A DNA stretch of 64,000 bases from contig CATNEN010000038.1 of assembly GCA_950097015.1 (NCBI GenBank), forward strand, positions 22,444,001-22,508,000, read 5' to 3'. The notes beneath the pieces were generated by a model that was not told the DNA's origin, did not search any database, and worked only from the letters and a program-made list of their open reading frames with translations. Each line of letters opens with the position of its first letter. Positions within the stretch are counted from its first letter, which is position 1. This stretch comes from Macrostomum hystrix (lineage: Eukaryota; Animalia; Platyhelminthes). Shown here piece by piece: positions 23,664 to 36,055 of this stretch. A program made the position numbers and the translations under genes.

Positions 23664-24368
23664 TCACTTGATAATCTGTCCCAATTGCTCTAGATAAGGA
23701 TTTCTTAATTTTTGCTGCTGCTGCTGCGGTGGTGGTGGTGGTGGCGGAGGTGGCGGCTGTCGTCTTGGCTCATCGTCTTCATCGGGTTGCAGGGCGCGCC
23801 TTCCCGATGGAGCCTTGAACGGAGGCGGCTCGGCTTCCTCCTGTTTGTGCCACAAAGTCTTGCCGCCGTGGGCTGGAAACTCGCGCATCTCGTGCTGGCC
23901 ACCGTTGTTGACGTCAAAGGAGTCCGAGGCAAGGCTGGGCGCCACTTTGCCGCTGCGCTGGTCGGCCACCCGACGGCAGGAGAGCGACTTGCAGGCGGCC
24001 ACTGCGCCGCAGAGAATGATGAAGACCAGGGGAGTGCCAAAGAAGCTGACCACAGTAGCAAACACTGGTATTGGCATGCCCCAGATCTTCTCCTCGGTGA
24101 CAGCGTTGCCATTTTCCACGCCTGCGCTATTGGCTGTTGCTTTCGCATTGTCGGTTGTGGAATCAACCGATGATTCCACTGCGCTTGTTGTTGTGTCCTC
24201 GGCAACTGGCACTGTGGATGCCTGGGTGGTCAGAAATGACCCAATTGAATTATTGACGGAGGATTCCATTGTAGTGTTGATTGTAGAATCGGCTGTATGA
24301 ACCGTATCGTAGGCCAAGCAGATGAAAAATAAGATTAGTAAAATTTTTCCTGCTTCTAAGGGTGCCAT
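23664..24368 (-). CDS. Single-exon type I membrane protein, Ser/Thr-rich ectodomain, Pro/Gln-rich tail (234 aa)
   Basis: Signal peptide ILLILFFICLAY; T/S-rich stalk with N-glycosylation sequons; hydrophobic segment VFATVVSFFGTPLVFIILCGAVAAC; tail PPPPPPPPP-QQQQQ-NPY. Confidence 0.8.
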   Translation of the reverse strand: MAPLEAGKILLILFFICLAYDTVHTADSTINTTMESSVNNSIGSFLTTQASTVPVAEDTTTSAVESSVDSTTDNAKATANSAGVENGNAVTEEKIWGMPIPVFATVVSFFGTPLVFIILCGAVAACKSLSCRRVADQRSGKVAPSLASDSFDVNNGGQHEMREFPAHGGKTLWHKQEEAEPPPFKAPSGRRALQPDEDDEPRRQPPPPPPPPPPQQQQQKLRNPYLEQLGQIIK

Positions 24369-25493
24369 TTTTTAGATTAATTCTTTCCTGCTTGCAACTC
24401 AAACAAATTGGTTTTCATCCTTTTCTCAGAGATTGAATTCAGTAGCTCCTTAAATTGTTAATTTACCTAGCTTAAACAAGTGCCTTTCCCATAGCAACCG
24501 TTGTCAACGGTCACTGATTTGATGAGCATGGTCTCGGTTTAATGTCTAGTTGTAAATCATATGGAATGGGTGACAAAAGGATTGTGAGACCACCAAGAGG
24601 TGCTGAAGGTGGGGTGGGTGCCCCGTGAATCCCGTATGAGGTTTTTACCTCTGTTTATAGCGGTCCAGCCTTAATAATTAATTAGTTAATCAGCCCAGGG
24701 ATCTTTTAGACTAACCAATTTAACAGATAGTTTAATTCGAAGTACCTGCTTCTCGTGAACATTGTGGCCCTAAAGTTTGGCCCTATTGATTTAATGCAGC
24801 TTATCGTTCAGTAAATAAATTGTAACATTTTGTGTCGCTTGTTTCGGTTTGAACTTTTTACTTAAATTACTTGATGCAACAGATTTGGTTTGCTGAAGCA
24901 GTAGTAACGGAAATTAAAACATAAATCAATAGTAAGCTCGTATATGTAGCCCTATTTTGTTTTCTTTATGAAAGAACCACGAGAAAAATAATCATTTGAC
25001 TTGAAATGATACTACTCTAAGTAAAATGATGCAAGTGTTTTGTACATTTTCGGTAATTTAGGATGAAAATCGAGCCAATAAACACTCACTAGACTACTCT
25101 GGAGTATTTTCAACTTAAATTTAATCTTGAATTTACCTAAAACTGCTTCGCCATGCAGTGGGCGTCTTACTCACATTTGAAGATTTCTGTTCGACATGCA
25201 TTGTCACTACTACTCCACTTTCTCCAGTTTCTTAATTATCTGTTTACCCCACTAGGCAAGTGAGCATCACTAACACGAACTATAAATTAATAAGTGGTGG
25301 AAGGGAAGTGGATTAATTTTTGTTTACCCCTTGGATCCGTTAAAGATTTTGTAATTATTCGTTTAGAAAGCGCTTTAGAAAATATTTGAAAACGAGCAAA
25401 GTTTTAAAGAATATATAGTTTTTTTCTCAATGTATTCAATAGCCTCAGTGTCAGCAACAAGGCTTGATGCTTGGCCTCTACAACTTCGCTCTG

Positions 25494-28400
25494 TTACGGG
25501 ACGTCCAAGGCCGTGTGTCCAGTGCTGGCCAGTTGTCCGGGCTGCAGACGCCAGACAAATCTAACGGGACATTTGCTGTGGACCCTTCGACGCTGCACAG
25601 GAAAAAACCAGTCAACTGTGAGCGTGTGATCCGCTGCGCACCTGAGACTCTGCGGGATATGAGCAAGTCCAGTAGAGAAAATTCGAAATATCCAGGAAGA
25701 CGATTTCTGTTCTTGAATAGTAGCGAAATATTGGCTTAAACGTTTGACCTCTGAAATTCCGCTTTTTTATACTATTAAGCAGACCCAAGCCACCCCCAAG
25801 TGGCAATAAGCTTCGCGTGTGCAGTAAGTTGCGTCACTTGCAATAAGTGAGAAAAATCATCTTGCAGTAAAGGGTGGAACTTTTGAGAGTTGCTGAGTGT
25901 AGCTTCTTAAGTAAACTAATGTGACAATTTGAGGACTTTGAACATCATTAAACCGAGCCGTGCGCTGTATAAATTACCTGAAGCAAGGTGCGCATTTCCT
26001 CCCGCCGGCAACTGACAGCGATGCCGTCTTCAACAACGGCAGCGACGCTACCCGAAATGCCGATCCCACCGCTGCCAGCACGAGGAATTCTGGCGGCAAC
26101 AGCAATGAAGCTGGCTCCCGTCACTGGGATTGTTCAAAGGTAATTCGTCAGCAACCAACGTCAAGTCAGAAAAACATTTTATCTTCTGTCTTAAAGTTCA
26201 CCATACTGTGCTCTTTAAGTTAGTACCTTGTAAACTGCATTCAGGCTAAGGAAAGTTTTTAATTACCTATTATCACTAAAGTTCAAGCCTGCATTTTTTA
26301 CTCTGAAATTCGAATGAATAATCCGAATACCTGTCGGCCTGCCAGCAGATTTAGCTTTAAAGACCAGGGTGCTGCATCCAACTTCACTGTGACCCATATT
26401 GCCAGCGAAGCTTCCAAATGAAGACTGCGCTTCCCTAGCAACTAGATGCGCGTCTGCGAACTGGCAGAACTCGCCGCCAAGAGCGAGCACGCCGTCCGAA
26501 TCTGGTGCGAAGATGCGCAACAACGACAGCAGCTCAGAATGGCGTCGACGAGCTAGGCTGACGGTGATTCCGATGCTGCCACCGGTCTCCAGGCTGATGC
26601 GGCATTCTCGCATTCGCGGAATGGCACCCCCACGCTGAGGCAGAATGTCCTGCCGATCAGGGAAGCGGTTTGGGGGGTAGAGGGCAGAGCGGTCTAACGC
26701 GTTTGCCTCTCGCACCAAGGTCGCGATTCCGCGGCGAGAGGCCACATTCATTTGGGATGCAGTCGTAGAGGAAGGCTTGGGGTCTCGTCCTGAGATTTAC
26801 GAGGAGCTAACCTCCAAGGCGCAGTGTGAGTGTGCATAGCCGACAGGGGAATGTGCACGACTTCCTCTTGCTGGCTGTGAGTCCACTGACACCAAATGAT
26901 CTTACCAGTACTCACAGCTTTCCTGCAAGTACGAGCCGTATTTTTTATTCAGGGAAGCAATTAGGAGAAAACGAACAATCAAAGCATCGAGAACGTGCTG
27001 CTGAAGACCCAACATGTAATCATACGAAATTAATTTAGAGTACTGCACCCTTATGCATTCGTAAATGTGCTTCTAATTTCAAGGAGTACATGATTAGATA
27101 TTTTTGTTCAGTGCCCGAACACATTCCAAAGGTTATAAGGGTCGGTAATTCCACCTCTTTCAGTGAGCGGCCTGGAAAAGTTAGACTTTAGTATTCTTGA
27201 AGAAGACTTCAGCTTTCTAGTTCTTAATTAAAAGACGAAATAACTTGATTGAAAATCCTGTCCTTTTGCCCGGTAGAATCAACCGCACAGGCCTGCCTAA
27301 AAGAAGCGAAAACGATAATCAAAGGCAACTCTTGTCGCGTGCTCCAGCAATGAAAGCTGAGCAAACTGACTGTTGGATTTCGGCCAGCTATTCTCAAAGG
27401 GCAACCCCATAGGGTTCCGCACACACTGGCACAGGAGAGAGGTTGCCATCTATTTTTTGTTCCCCCATGCCCGCCGACGAGAATTTATTATTTAGACTGT
27501 TGCGCTCGGCGAAAAAAGAGCGACTTTGCCTCCTCCCAGCTTAATTTGTAGTTCCCCCATGCCCTGTGCTGACGAATTTCCCAAGAGGGAATGCAGATTT
27601 ACCGTTGAGTCTGCTAAAAGCAGCAGATACAGCTGCAGGGCAGCTCTGATTGGCTCCTGTCATTCTTTATGAAAGTCAAGCTTTGTATGACAGCTAAATC
27701 TACGGCTTTGAACTGCGTGTCACTTAACAGCTGACAGAAGATGGGTAGATATTGCCAGATTGGCTAACATGGGACTCAATTTGATGTATGCAAGCAATTT
27801 TTTGAAAGTTTAATTTAATTGATTAAAGTTTAATTTAATAAATGAGGACATTGTTCAGGAAATAATACATTGTTAAATACTCATACATAAATACATAAAT
27901 ATTCGCTGTCAATTAAGCGCGGCTGCACATTTTCTAATTGGCGACCAGTTAAAGGCGTTGAGATGGGCCTACCTTGAACAAGAAGTACACCGATTGGGAT
28001 CCACTGTGCTCTACTGGAGGCCGAAACCGCCTGCTGATCAGAGAGCAGGGATAGACATTGTCCAGCTCTCCTAACCGCAGCAGCAGCCGTAGCGGCGACC
28101 GCGTGAGCAGGTTGACCTCCCTGGAGTGCACCAGGCGACAGAGTAGCAGTGAGCACTGCTCAGCCGGACTGACGAGTCCGTGAAAGCACTGACCACTGTC
28201 CATGAAGTAGAGAACGCCGCAAATGAAGGAGCTGCCGAGGAAGCTGACAGAGGTGTGAAATACCGTGTGGTCCAGGTCGTGCACAACTTCGCCTGTCAGG
28301 TGACGGAGTGATAACAATGGATTCAGGTGAAAGAATTGATAACAATGGATTCAGGTGAGGGGAATGATAACAATGGATTCAGGTGATGGGAATGATAACA

Positions 28401-30075
28401 ATGGATTCAGGTGATGGGAATGATAACAATGGATTCAGGTGATGGGAATGATAACAATGGATTCAGGTGATGGGAATGATAACAATGGATTCAGGTGATG
28501 GGAATGATAACAATGGATTCAGGTGATGGGAATGATAACAATGGATTCAGGTGATGGGAATGATAACAATGGATTCAGGTGATGGGAATGATAACAATGG
28601 ATTCAGGTGATGGGAATGATAACAATGGATTCAGGTGATGGGAATGATAACAATGGATTCAGGTGATGGGAATGATAACAATGGATTCAGGTGATGGGAA
28701 TGATAACAATGGATTCAGGTGAGGGGAATGATAACAATGGATTCAGGTGATGGGAATGATAACAATGGATTCAGGTGATGGGAATGATAACAATGGATTC
28801 AGGTGAGGAAGTGATACCTACCGTTCATAGCTCTATTTAGCACACCGGAAAACAGTCGGAGGATGTCGGCTGGTACGTCTGTGTCGCTAGACAACCGTTC
28901 CAGAACTAGAAACAACTCAGTCTGGCCAAACTGTGCTAGGCCGCGACTACGGAACACCCAAACCGTTTTCTGGCTGCAGCACACCACTGAAAGTGGCGGA
29001 GTGGGGGAGCAGAAACCGTGGCGGACATTGGGGCGGAAACCGTGGCGGATGTTGGTGCGGAAACTGTGACGGATGTTGGGGCATAAACCGTGGCGGATGT
29101 TGGGGCGGAAATTGTGGCGTATAATGAAGCGGAAACCGTGGCGGATAATGGTGCGGAAACTGTGGCGGATGTTGGGGCGGAAACCGTGGCGGATGTTGGG
29201 GCGGAAACCGTGGCGGATAATTGTGCGGAAACCGTGGCGGATATTGGGGCGGAAACCGTGGCGGATAATGGTGCGGAAACCGGGGCGGATGTTGGGGCGG
29301 AAACCGTGGCGGATGTTGGTGCGGAAACTGTGATGGATGTTGGGGCATAAACCGTGGCGGATGTTGGGGCGGAAATTGTGGCGTATAATGAAGCGGAAAC
29401 CGTGGCGGATAATGGTGCGGAAACTGTGGCGGATGTTGGGGCGGAAACCGTGGCGGATGTTGGGGCGGAAACCGTGGCGGATAATTGTGCGGAAACCGTG
29501 GCGGATATTGGGGCGGAAACCGTGGCGGATAATGGTGCGGAAACCGGGGCGGATGTTGGGGCGGAAACCGTGGCGGATGTTGGTGCGGAAACCGTGGCGG
29601 ATGTTGGGGCGGAAACCGTGGCGGATGTTGGTGCGGAAACCGGGGCGGATATTGGGGCGGAAACCGTGGCTGATGCGGGTCGAATATATGCGAGGAATAT
29701 TCTCTCAGAACCTAACTCCCTCAGCTTACGCGTTATCAGCCGCACCCATAAGTCGACTCGATTGGGCGAGTCTAAGAGAACAATTGTTTCATCCATTGTA
29801 GTCGCGGCAGCAGCGGCCGCTTCGGCGGCTGCGGCGTCAGCGGTAACGGCGGCATCGGTAGCTTCATCAGCAATGGAGGCTGCCGAATCAAGTTTCTTCT
29901 CGGTCGTGCTTGGCTGCTCAACTAGTCTATCCTCGTCTTCTTCTTCTTCTTCTTCTTCAACGACTAGGTCGGATTCTTCAGTCAGCAGCTGGTTCTGCAG
30001 GCTGACAACCTCGCGCTGGCGAACTAACCTAGACCTGGCTAACCTGATGGTCACGTGCTTCCCTGTACGGCTCAT
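25494..30075 (-). CDS. SARA/endofin (ZFYVE9/16)-like C-terminal-domain protein (DUF3480 region), 6 exons, ~478 aa, no FYVE seen
   Basis: Exons 30075-29730, 28986-28822, 28292-27973, 26634-26331, 26123-25978, 25649-25494 (phases 1,1,0,1,0; 1437 nt). Motifs WVFRSRGLAQFGQTEL, PLRLLLRLG..YPCSLIS.RFRPP, VLALGGEF..ADAHLV, VTGASF, VVEDGIAV match SARA motifs. Confidence 0.85.
26678..26898 (+). mobile_element. tRNA-derived SINE family A (internally deleted)
   Basis: GGCAGAGCGGTCTAACGCGTTTGCCTC..GGCCACATTCATTTGGG..CACCAAATGAT. Confidence 0.75.
28308..28810. repeat. 28-bp minisatellite (GGATTCAGGTGATGGGAATGATAACAAT)n filling intron 2 of SARA-like gene
   Basis: Tandem copies between splice sites 28821 and 28293. 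Confidence 0.95.
28993..29675. repeat. 24-bp minisatellite (GGAAACCGTGGCGGATGTTGGGGC)n filling intron 1 of SARA-like gene
   Basis: Tandem copies between splice sites 29729 and 28987. Confidence 0.95.
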
Positions 30076-30492
30076 GTCTGCTTTTAAACGGGCAATAAAA
30101 TAGCTAAGTCCCTTATCAGTTAATCTTATTTTCTTGTCTTTGCGTTTCTTTGCTACTGTTTCCGGCTACTAAAACGAACAAAATAAGTCCTTCGCGCCAC
30201 AATGAGTTAGTATATTCCTCCTTTAATTCATGTCTTCCCCTAGCCAAGCCAATGGGACTACACAGAAGGGAATGAAAGTATTGGCTTTCGGGTGTTCCTA
30301 TCTATCTCTAACGTTACCAAAGCCTGAGGGAAAAACCAATTGCTCTGGACAACATCAAGCCCTACAAACAACTGGGAATCTGTCGAATCGAATAACCTCA
30401 TGGAGTTCGTGATTTGCAACTGTCAATTATTTTCTGCTGATGGCTACAGTGCATTTCTTAATGAAACCCGTTAGGACTTTGGTACTGTCTTA

Positions 30493-33203
30493 CTGTTCAA
30501 TCTGATCTACCGTGTCTCACTGTTTAATCTGATCTACCGTGTCTCACTGTTCAATCTGATCTACCGTGTCTCACTGTTTAATCTGATCTACCGTGTCTCA
30601 CTGTTCAATCTGATCTACCGTGTCTCACTGTTCAATCTGATCTACCGTGTCTCACTGTTCAATCTGATCTACCGTGTCTCACTGTTCAATCTGATCTACC
30701 GTGTCTCACTGTTCAATCTGATCTACCGTGTCTCACTGTTCAATCTGATCTACCGTGTCTCACTGTTCAATCTGATCTACCGTGCCTCACTGTTCAATCT
30801 GATCTACCATGTCTCACTGTTCAATCTGATCTACCGTGTCTCACTGTTCAATCTGATCTACCGTGCCTCACTGTTCAATCTGATCTACCATGTCTCACTG
30901 CTCAATCTGATCTACCGTGTCTCACTGTTCAATCTGATCTACCGTGTCTCACTGTTCAATCTGATCTACCGTGTCTCACTGTTTAATCTGATCTACCGTG
31001 TCTCACTGTTTAATCTGATCTACCGTGTCTCACTGTTCAATCTGATCTACCGTGTCCCACTGTTCAATCTGATCTACCGTGTCTCACTGTTCAATCTGAT
31101 CTACCGTGTCCCACTGTTCAATCTGATCTACCGTGTCTCACTGTTCAATCTGATCTACCGTGTCTCACTGTTCAATCTGATCTACCGTGTCTCACTGTTC
31201 AATCTGATCTACCGTGTCTCACTGTTCAATCTGATCTACCGTGTCTCACTGTTCAATCTGATCTACCGTGTCTCACTGTTCAATCTGATCTACCGTGTCT
31301 CACTGTTCAATCTGATCTACCGTGTCTCACTGTTCAATCTGATCTACCGTGTCTCACTGTTCAATCTGATCTACCGTGTCTCACTGTTCAATCTGATCTA
31401 CCGTGTCTCACTGTTCAATCTGATCTACCGTGTCTCACTGTTCAATCTGATCTACCGTGTCTCACTGTTCAATCTGATCTACCGTGTCTCACTGTTCAAT
31501 CTGATCTACCGTGTCTCACTGTTCAATCTGATCTACCGTGTCTCACTGTTCAATCTGATCTACCGTGTCTCACTGTTCAATCTGATCTACCGTGTCTCAC
31601 TGTTCAATCTGATCTACCGTGTCTCACTGTTCAATCTGATCTACCGTGTCTCACTGTTCAATCTGATCTACCGTGTCTCACTGTTCAATCTGATCTACCG
31701 TGTCTCACTGTTCAATCTGATCTACCGTGTCTCACTGTTCAATCTGATCTACCGTGTCTCACTGTTCAATCTGATCTACCGTGGCTCACTGTTCAATCTG
31801 ATCTACCGTGCCTCACTGTTCAATCTGATCTACCGTGTCTCACTGTTCAATCTGATCTACCGTGTCTCACTGTTCAATCTGATCTACCGTGTCTCACTGT
31901 TCAATCTGATCTACCGTGTCTCACTGTTCAATCTGATCTACCGTGTCTCACTGTTCAATCTGATCTACCGTGTCTCACTGTTCAATCTGATCTACCGTGT
32001 CTCACTGTTCAATCTGATCTACCGTGTCTCACTGTTCAATCTGATCTACCGTGTCTCACTGTTCAATCTGATCTACCGTGTCTCACTGTTCAATCTGATC
32101 TACCGTGTCTCACTGTTTAATCTGATCTACCGTGTCTCACTGTTTAATCTGATCTACCGTGTCTCACTGTTCAATCTGATCTACCGTGTCTCACTGTTCA
32201 ATCTGATCTACCGTGTCTCACTGTTCAATCTGATCTACCGTGTCTCACTGTTCAATCTGATCTACCGTGTCTCACTGTTCAATCTGATCTACCATGTCTC
32301 ACTGTTCAATCTGATCTACCGTGTCTCACTGTTCAATCTGATCTACCGTGTCTCACTGTTCAATCTGATCTACCGTGTCTCACTGTTCAATCTGATCTAC
32401 CGTGTCTCACTGTTCAATCTGATCTACCGTGTCTCACTGTTCAATCTGATCTACCGTGTCTCACTGTTCAATCTGATCTACCGTGTCTCACTGTTCAATC
32501 TGATCTACCGTGTCTCACTGTTCAATCTGATCTACCGTGTCTCACTGTTCAATCTGATCTACCGTGTCTCACTGTTCAATCTGATCTACCGTGTCTCACT
32601 GTTCAATCTGATCTACCGTGTCTCACTGTTCAATCTGATCTACCGTGGCTCACTGTTCAATCTGATCTACCGTGCCTCACTGTTCAATCTGATCTACCGT
32701 GTCTCACTGTTCAATCTGATCTACCGTGTCTCACTGTTCAATCTGATCTACCGTGTCTCACTGTTCAATCTGATCTACCGTGTCTCACTGTTCAATCTGA
32801 TCTACCGTGTCTCACTGTTCAATCTGATCTACCGTGTCTCACTGTTCAATCTGATCTACCGTGTCTCACTGTTCAATCTGATCTACCGTGTCTCACTGTT
32901 CAATCTGATCTACCGTGTCTCACTGTTCAATCTGATCTACCGTGTCTCACTGTTCAATCTGATCTACCGTGTCTCACTGTTTAATCTGATCTACCGTGTC
33001 TCACTGTTTAATCTGATCTACCGTGTCTCACTGTTCAATCTGATCTACCGTGTCTCACTGTTCAATCTGATCTACCGTGTCTCACTGTTCAATCTGATCT
33101 ACCGTGTCTCACTGTTCAATCTGATCTACCGTGTCTCACTGTTCAATCTGATCTACCATGTCTCACTGTTCAATCTGATCTACCGTGTCTCACTGTTCAA
33201 TCT
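30493..33203. repeat. 27-bp satellite (ACTGTTCAATCTGATCTACCGTGTCTC)n, ~100 copies
   Basis: Highly homogeneous tandem array; variant markers recur at 864-bp spacing. Confidence 0.98.
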
Positions 33204-33646
33204 CCGTTCCTTTTCCATCTATCTAAGAAGTTCAATCAATTAAGATTCAATTAAAACGTCAGTACTCTGGTTAAGTTCATCTATTTTCAGTGCTTAGATC
33301 AGGAAACAAGCTAGCAAAAAAAGCGAATTTGATCTCTTCATGTTCAGCTAGTCATACATCATTTGTTATGCTGTGCCCACATTACCAAGTAAGACAATAC
33401 TGACTACCCCAGAAAGCAAAAACTTTTAGTCTCTGCCAGGAAAAATGGTCACTTAATGCATTCCTTTGTAACCATGCGTTTGTAACATGCAAAAAAAATT
33501 CTTCAAATAAATTCTTTAGCTTGACATTTTGAATTTTGGTTAGTCGCTGCGTAACCCTGTATGGTATGCATTTCTGTCTACTTATCAACGCAACCACAAC
33601 TTTTTATCCATATCTGAACTGCTAGCATACCTGTGCAACATGTCGT

Positions 33647-34098
33647 TTACCCATTTCTGAACAGGTAAGCACACCTGTTTGGCATGTCTATACCCAATTC
33701 TGAACCGGTAGCACACCTGTTCAACCTGTCTTTACCCATTTCTGCACAGGTAGCACACCTGTTCAACCTGTCTTTACCCATTTCTGAACAGGTAGCACAT
33801 CTGTTCAACCTGTCTTTACCCATTTCTGAACCGGTAGCACACCTGTTCAACCTGTCTTTACCCATTTCTGAACCGGTAGCACACCTGTTCAACCTGTCTT
33901 TACCCATTTCTGAACAGGTAGCACATCTGTTCAACCTGTCTTTACCCATTTCTGAACAGGTAGCACGCCTGTTCAACCTGTCTTTACCCATTTCTGAACA
34001 GGTAGCACACCTGTTCAACCTGTCTTTACCTATTTCTGAACAGGTAGCACACCTGTTCAACCTGTCTTTACCCATTTCTGAACCGGTAGCACACCTGT
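33647..34098. repeat. 42-bp minisatellite with internal hairpin TGAACAGGT-AGCAC-ACCTGTTCA
   Basis: ~10 tandem copies. Confidence 0.95.
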
Positions 34099-36055
34099 AA
34101 TACCTTACGTGCCCTCAGCAAAAAGTCAGCTGTTAATATCACCAACTATATTGTTCTCATACATCATTTTTCGGACACAGGCTTTCGACTGTTCCTGCTG
34201 CAAGTATTTGCTATTCTAGACAGAGTATCCGAAATCCGACACAGTCGGTGCTGCATGATTCTGAATGAGTTTAGAAACAATACCAGTGACCCTTCTGACG
34301 CGAAATTTACGACTACCAGGCACTAGAACAGAAATTACGAGTTCAGGCAGTCAAACATATGCATAATGTAAACAGTCATAAAATGCTATGTAAAAAGTGG
34401 TAAATAAATTTGCCCTCGCCCTATAAACATTGTTTAACTGAAAGTTTGAAGTCCATAGTAACTACTTTGAGTACTAAGCCTGTCGTCTGTTAAAACAAAA
34501 AATTTTCTAATTTTAAAAAGTTCTTTCCAAGGCTACATTCAGATCTCTTAGAGAACGCTTGAATCCTGATGACAAAATTAGTTAACATACCCTCTCTCCT
34601 TTGCTCAAGAACTCCGCCAAAGCAGAAGGTCGCGACGTCAGGAGGCCCGGTTCAGTTCTGGCGAGCTCGGCACCTGCCTTCTGTACAGCTGCCAACTGGG
34701 GCGAAGTGGCTCAAGCCTGCCTCTGCTGCTGGTACTTACATGACGAAGCTTGGCCTGTCTCATTGTGTCCACTCCACCTATTCCCCGCCCCAGTGAAAAG
34801 GCATCGCAGCTGTTTGAGCTGCAACAGCGTCTTCGGCGTCACCTTGTCGATGCGACGTCTTGAAGGAGAAGCCCGCAAGAGCAAATCCCAAACCCTAGAC
34901 CCTGCTCTGTAACTCCGTCCAGATCACAACTTTTGAATGTCACCAGCGTCAATAGAAGAGAAAACACTCTCATTCCAAACAATCTTTCCCAAGATTACAG
35001 TACAAACTGAGTCTAGTTGTTCTGGATCTAAAGCCGTTATCTTGAAAATTGAAAAATGCTCTGAAATAGCCGCATGATTATAGCCTCCTCATGCAAAAGC
35101 TGTTGTCAAGCCAGCTGACAGTTGACTTCTAGCGTCGCTGATGTGGATGTTTTCGCTGCCGCAGCTTGGGAAGGCAGCAGGTTCAATAATTCAAAGGGTG
35201 CAGCAGAAATTTCAGGGGGGAATCCCCCTTGTTATTTCTATTGTTAATCGATGACCGGGAGATCGCCGGGAGGCATACAGCTTGGCCTGAACAGCGGGAT
35301 CCCACCTGATGCTTTCCTCTCTCTTCCCTTTCTCATTTCCTGTTACAATTGATTCATTGATGGTACTCTTATTATTAGCGTGGTCCATGGTTGCTATATA
35401 GAACGCTGGTTTTCTCAAATTGAGCGCAGTTCCGACACTTTTACCATAGACAGCCAAGGAGTCTAATGTAGATTATCTATTAGATCTATACTGAATATAG
35501 CATTCAATACTTGATTTTGAGTGCGACAGAAAAAAACTACGATTTGAGTAGCATTGTAACAACGATTCAATTCTGGAGTCTCGACCATAGACTATGCAAC
35601 GAAGAACGAGAAATAAACGACTCGCTGTCGCTCATTGGCTAAAAGAGTTTGAATGAATGCGCACTTTCGTTTAATGCAATCAATACACATTTTTCCGGTC
35701 AAATTCAACGTTTTGCCAATCAGCTTAGCCAAGTTTCATTCAAGTTAGCCAGTCTATGGTAATCGCAGTCGACGCGCCATTCAACTTAGACAACTATCGT
35801 TCAAGTTCGCCAGCCATCATTCAAGTTCAACACGCCATGGCAGGGTGTGTTTTGTCTATGGCAAGAAGGGGTAACAAGCTCGAAGAACGATTTTCTAATT
35901 AGACAACTTGCAAGCTTTTAAAAGACAACTTTTAATGTCTTGAAGAAGTGAATGAAAAACAAAGCAGGCAATCAATTGCTTTTGGAACTGTCAAGGCACA
36001 TGGATCGAATAGATCGATCCTGGCCAAATTGCCAAATGTCAATTGCCCGTGTCGC

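Noticed and set aside
28936-29729. Mucin-like SAPTSATV coding repeat
   Set aside because: Lies within a GT-AG intron whose removal restores SARA homology; read-through ends out of frame.
34588-34912. GC-richer exon-like patch
   Set aside because: No recognisable protein motif or consistent splice model.
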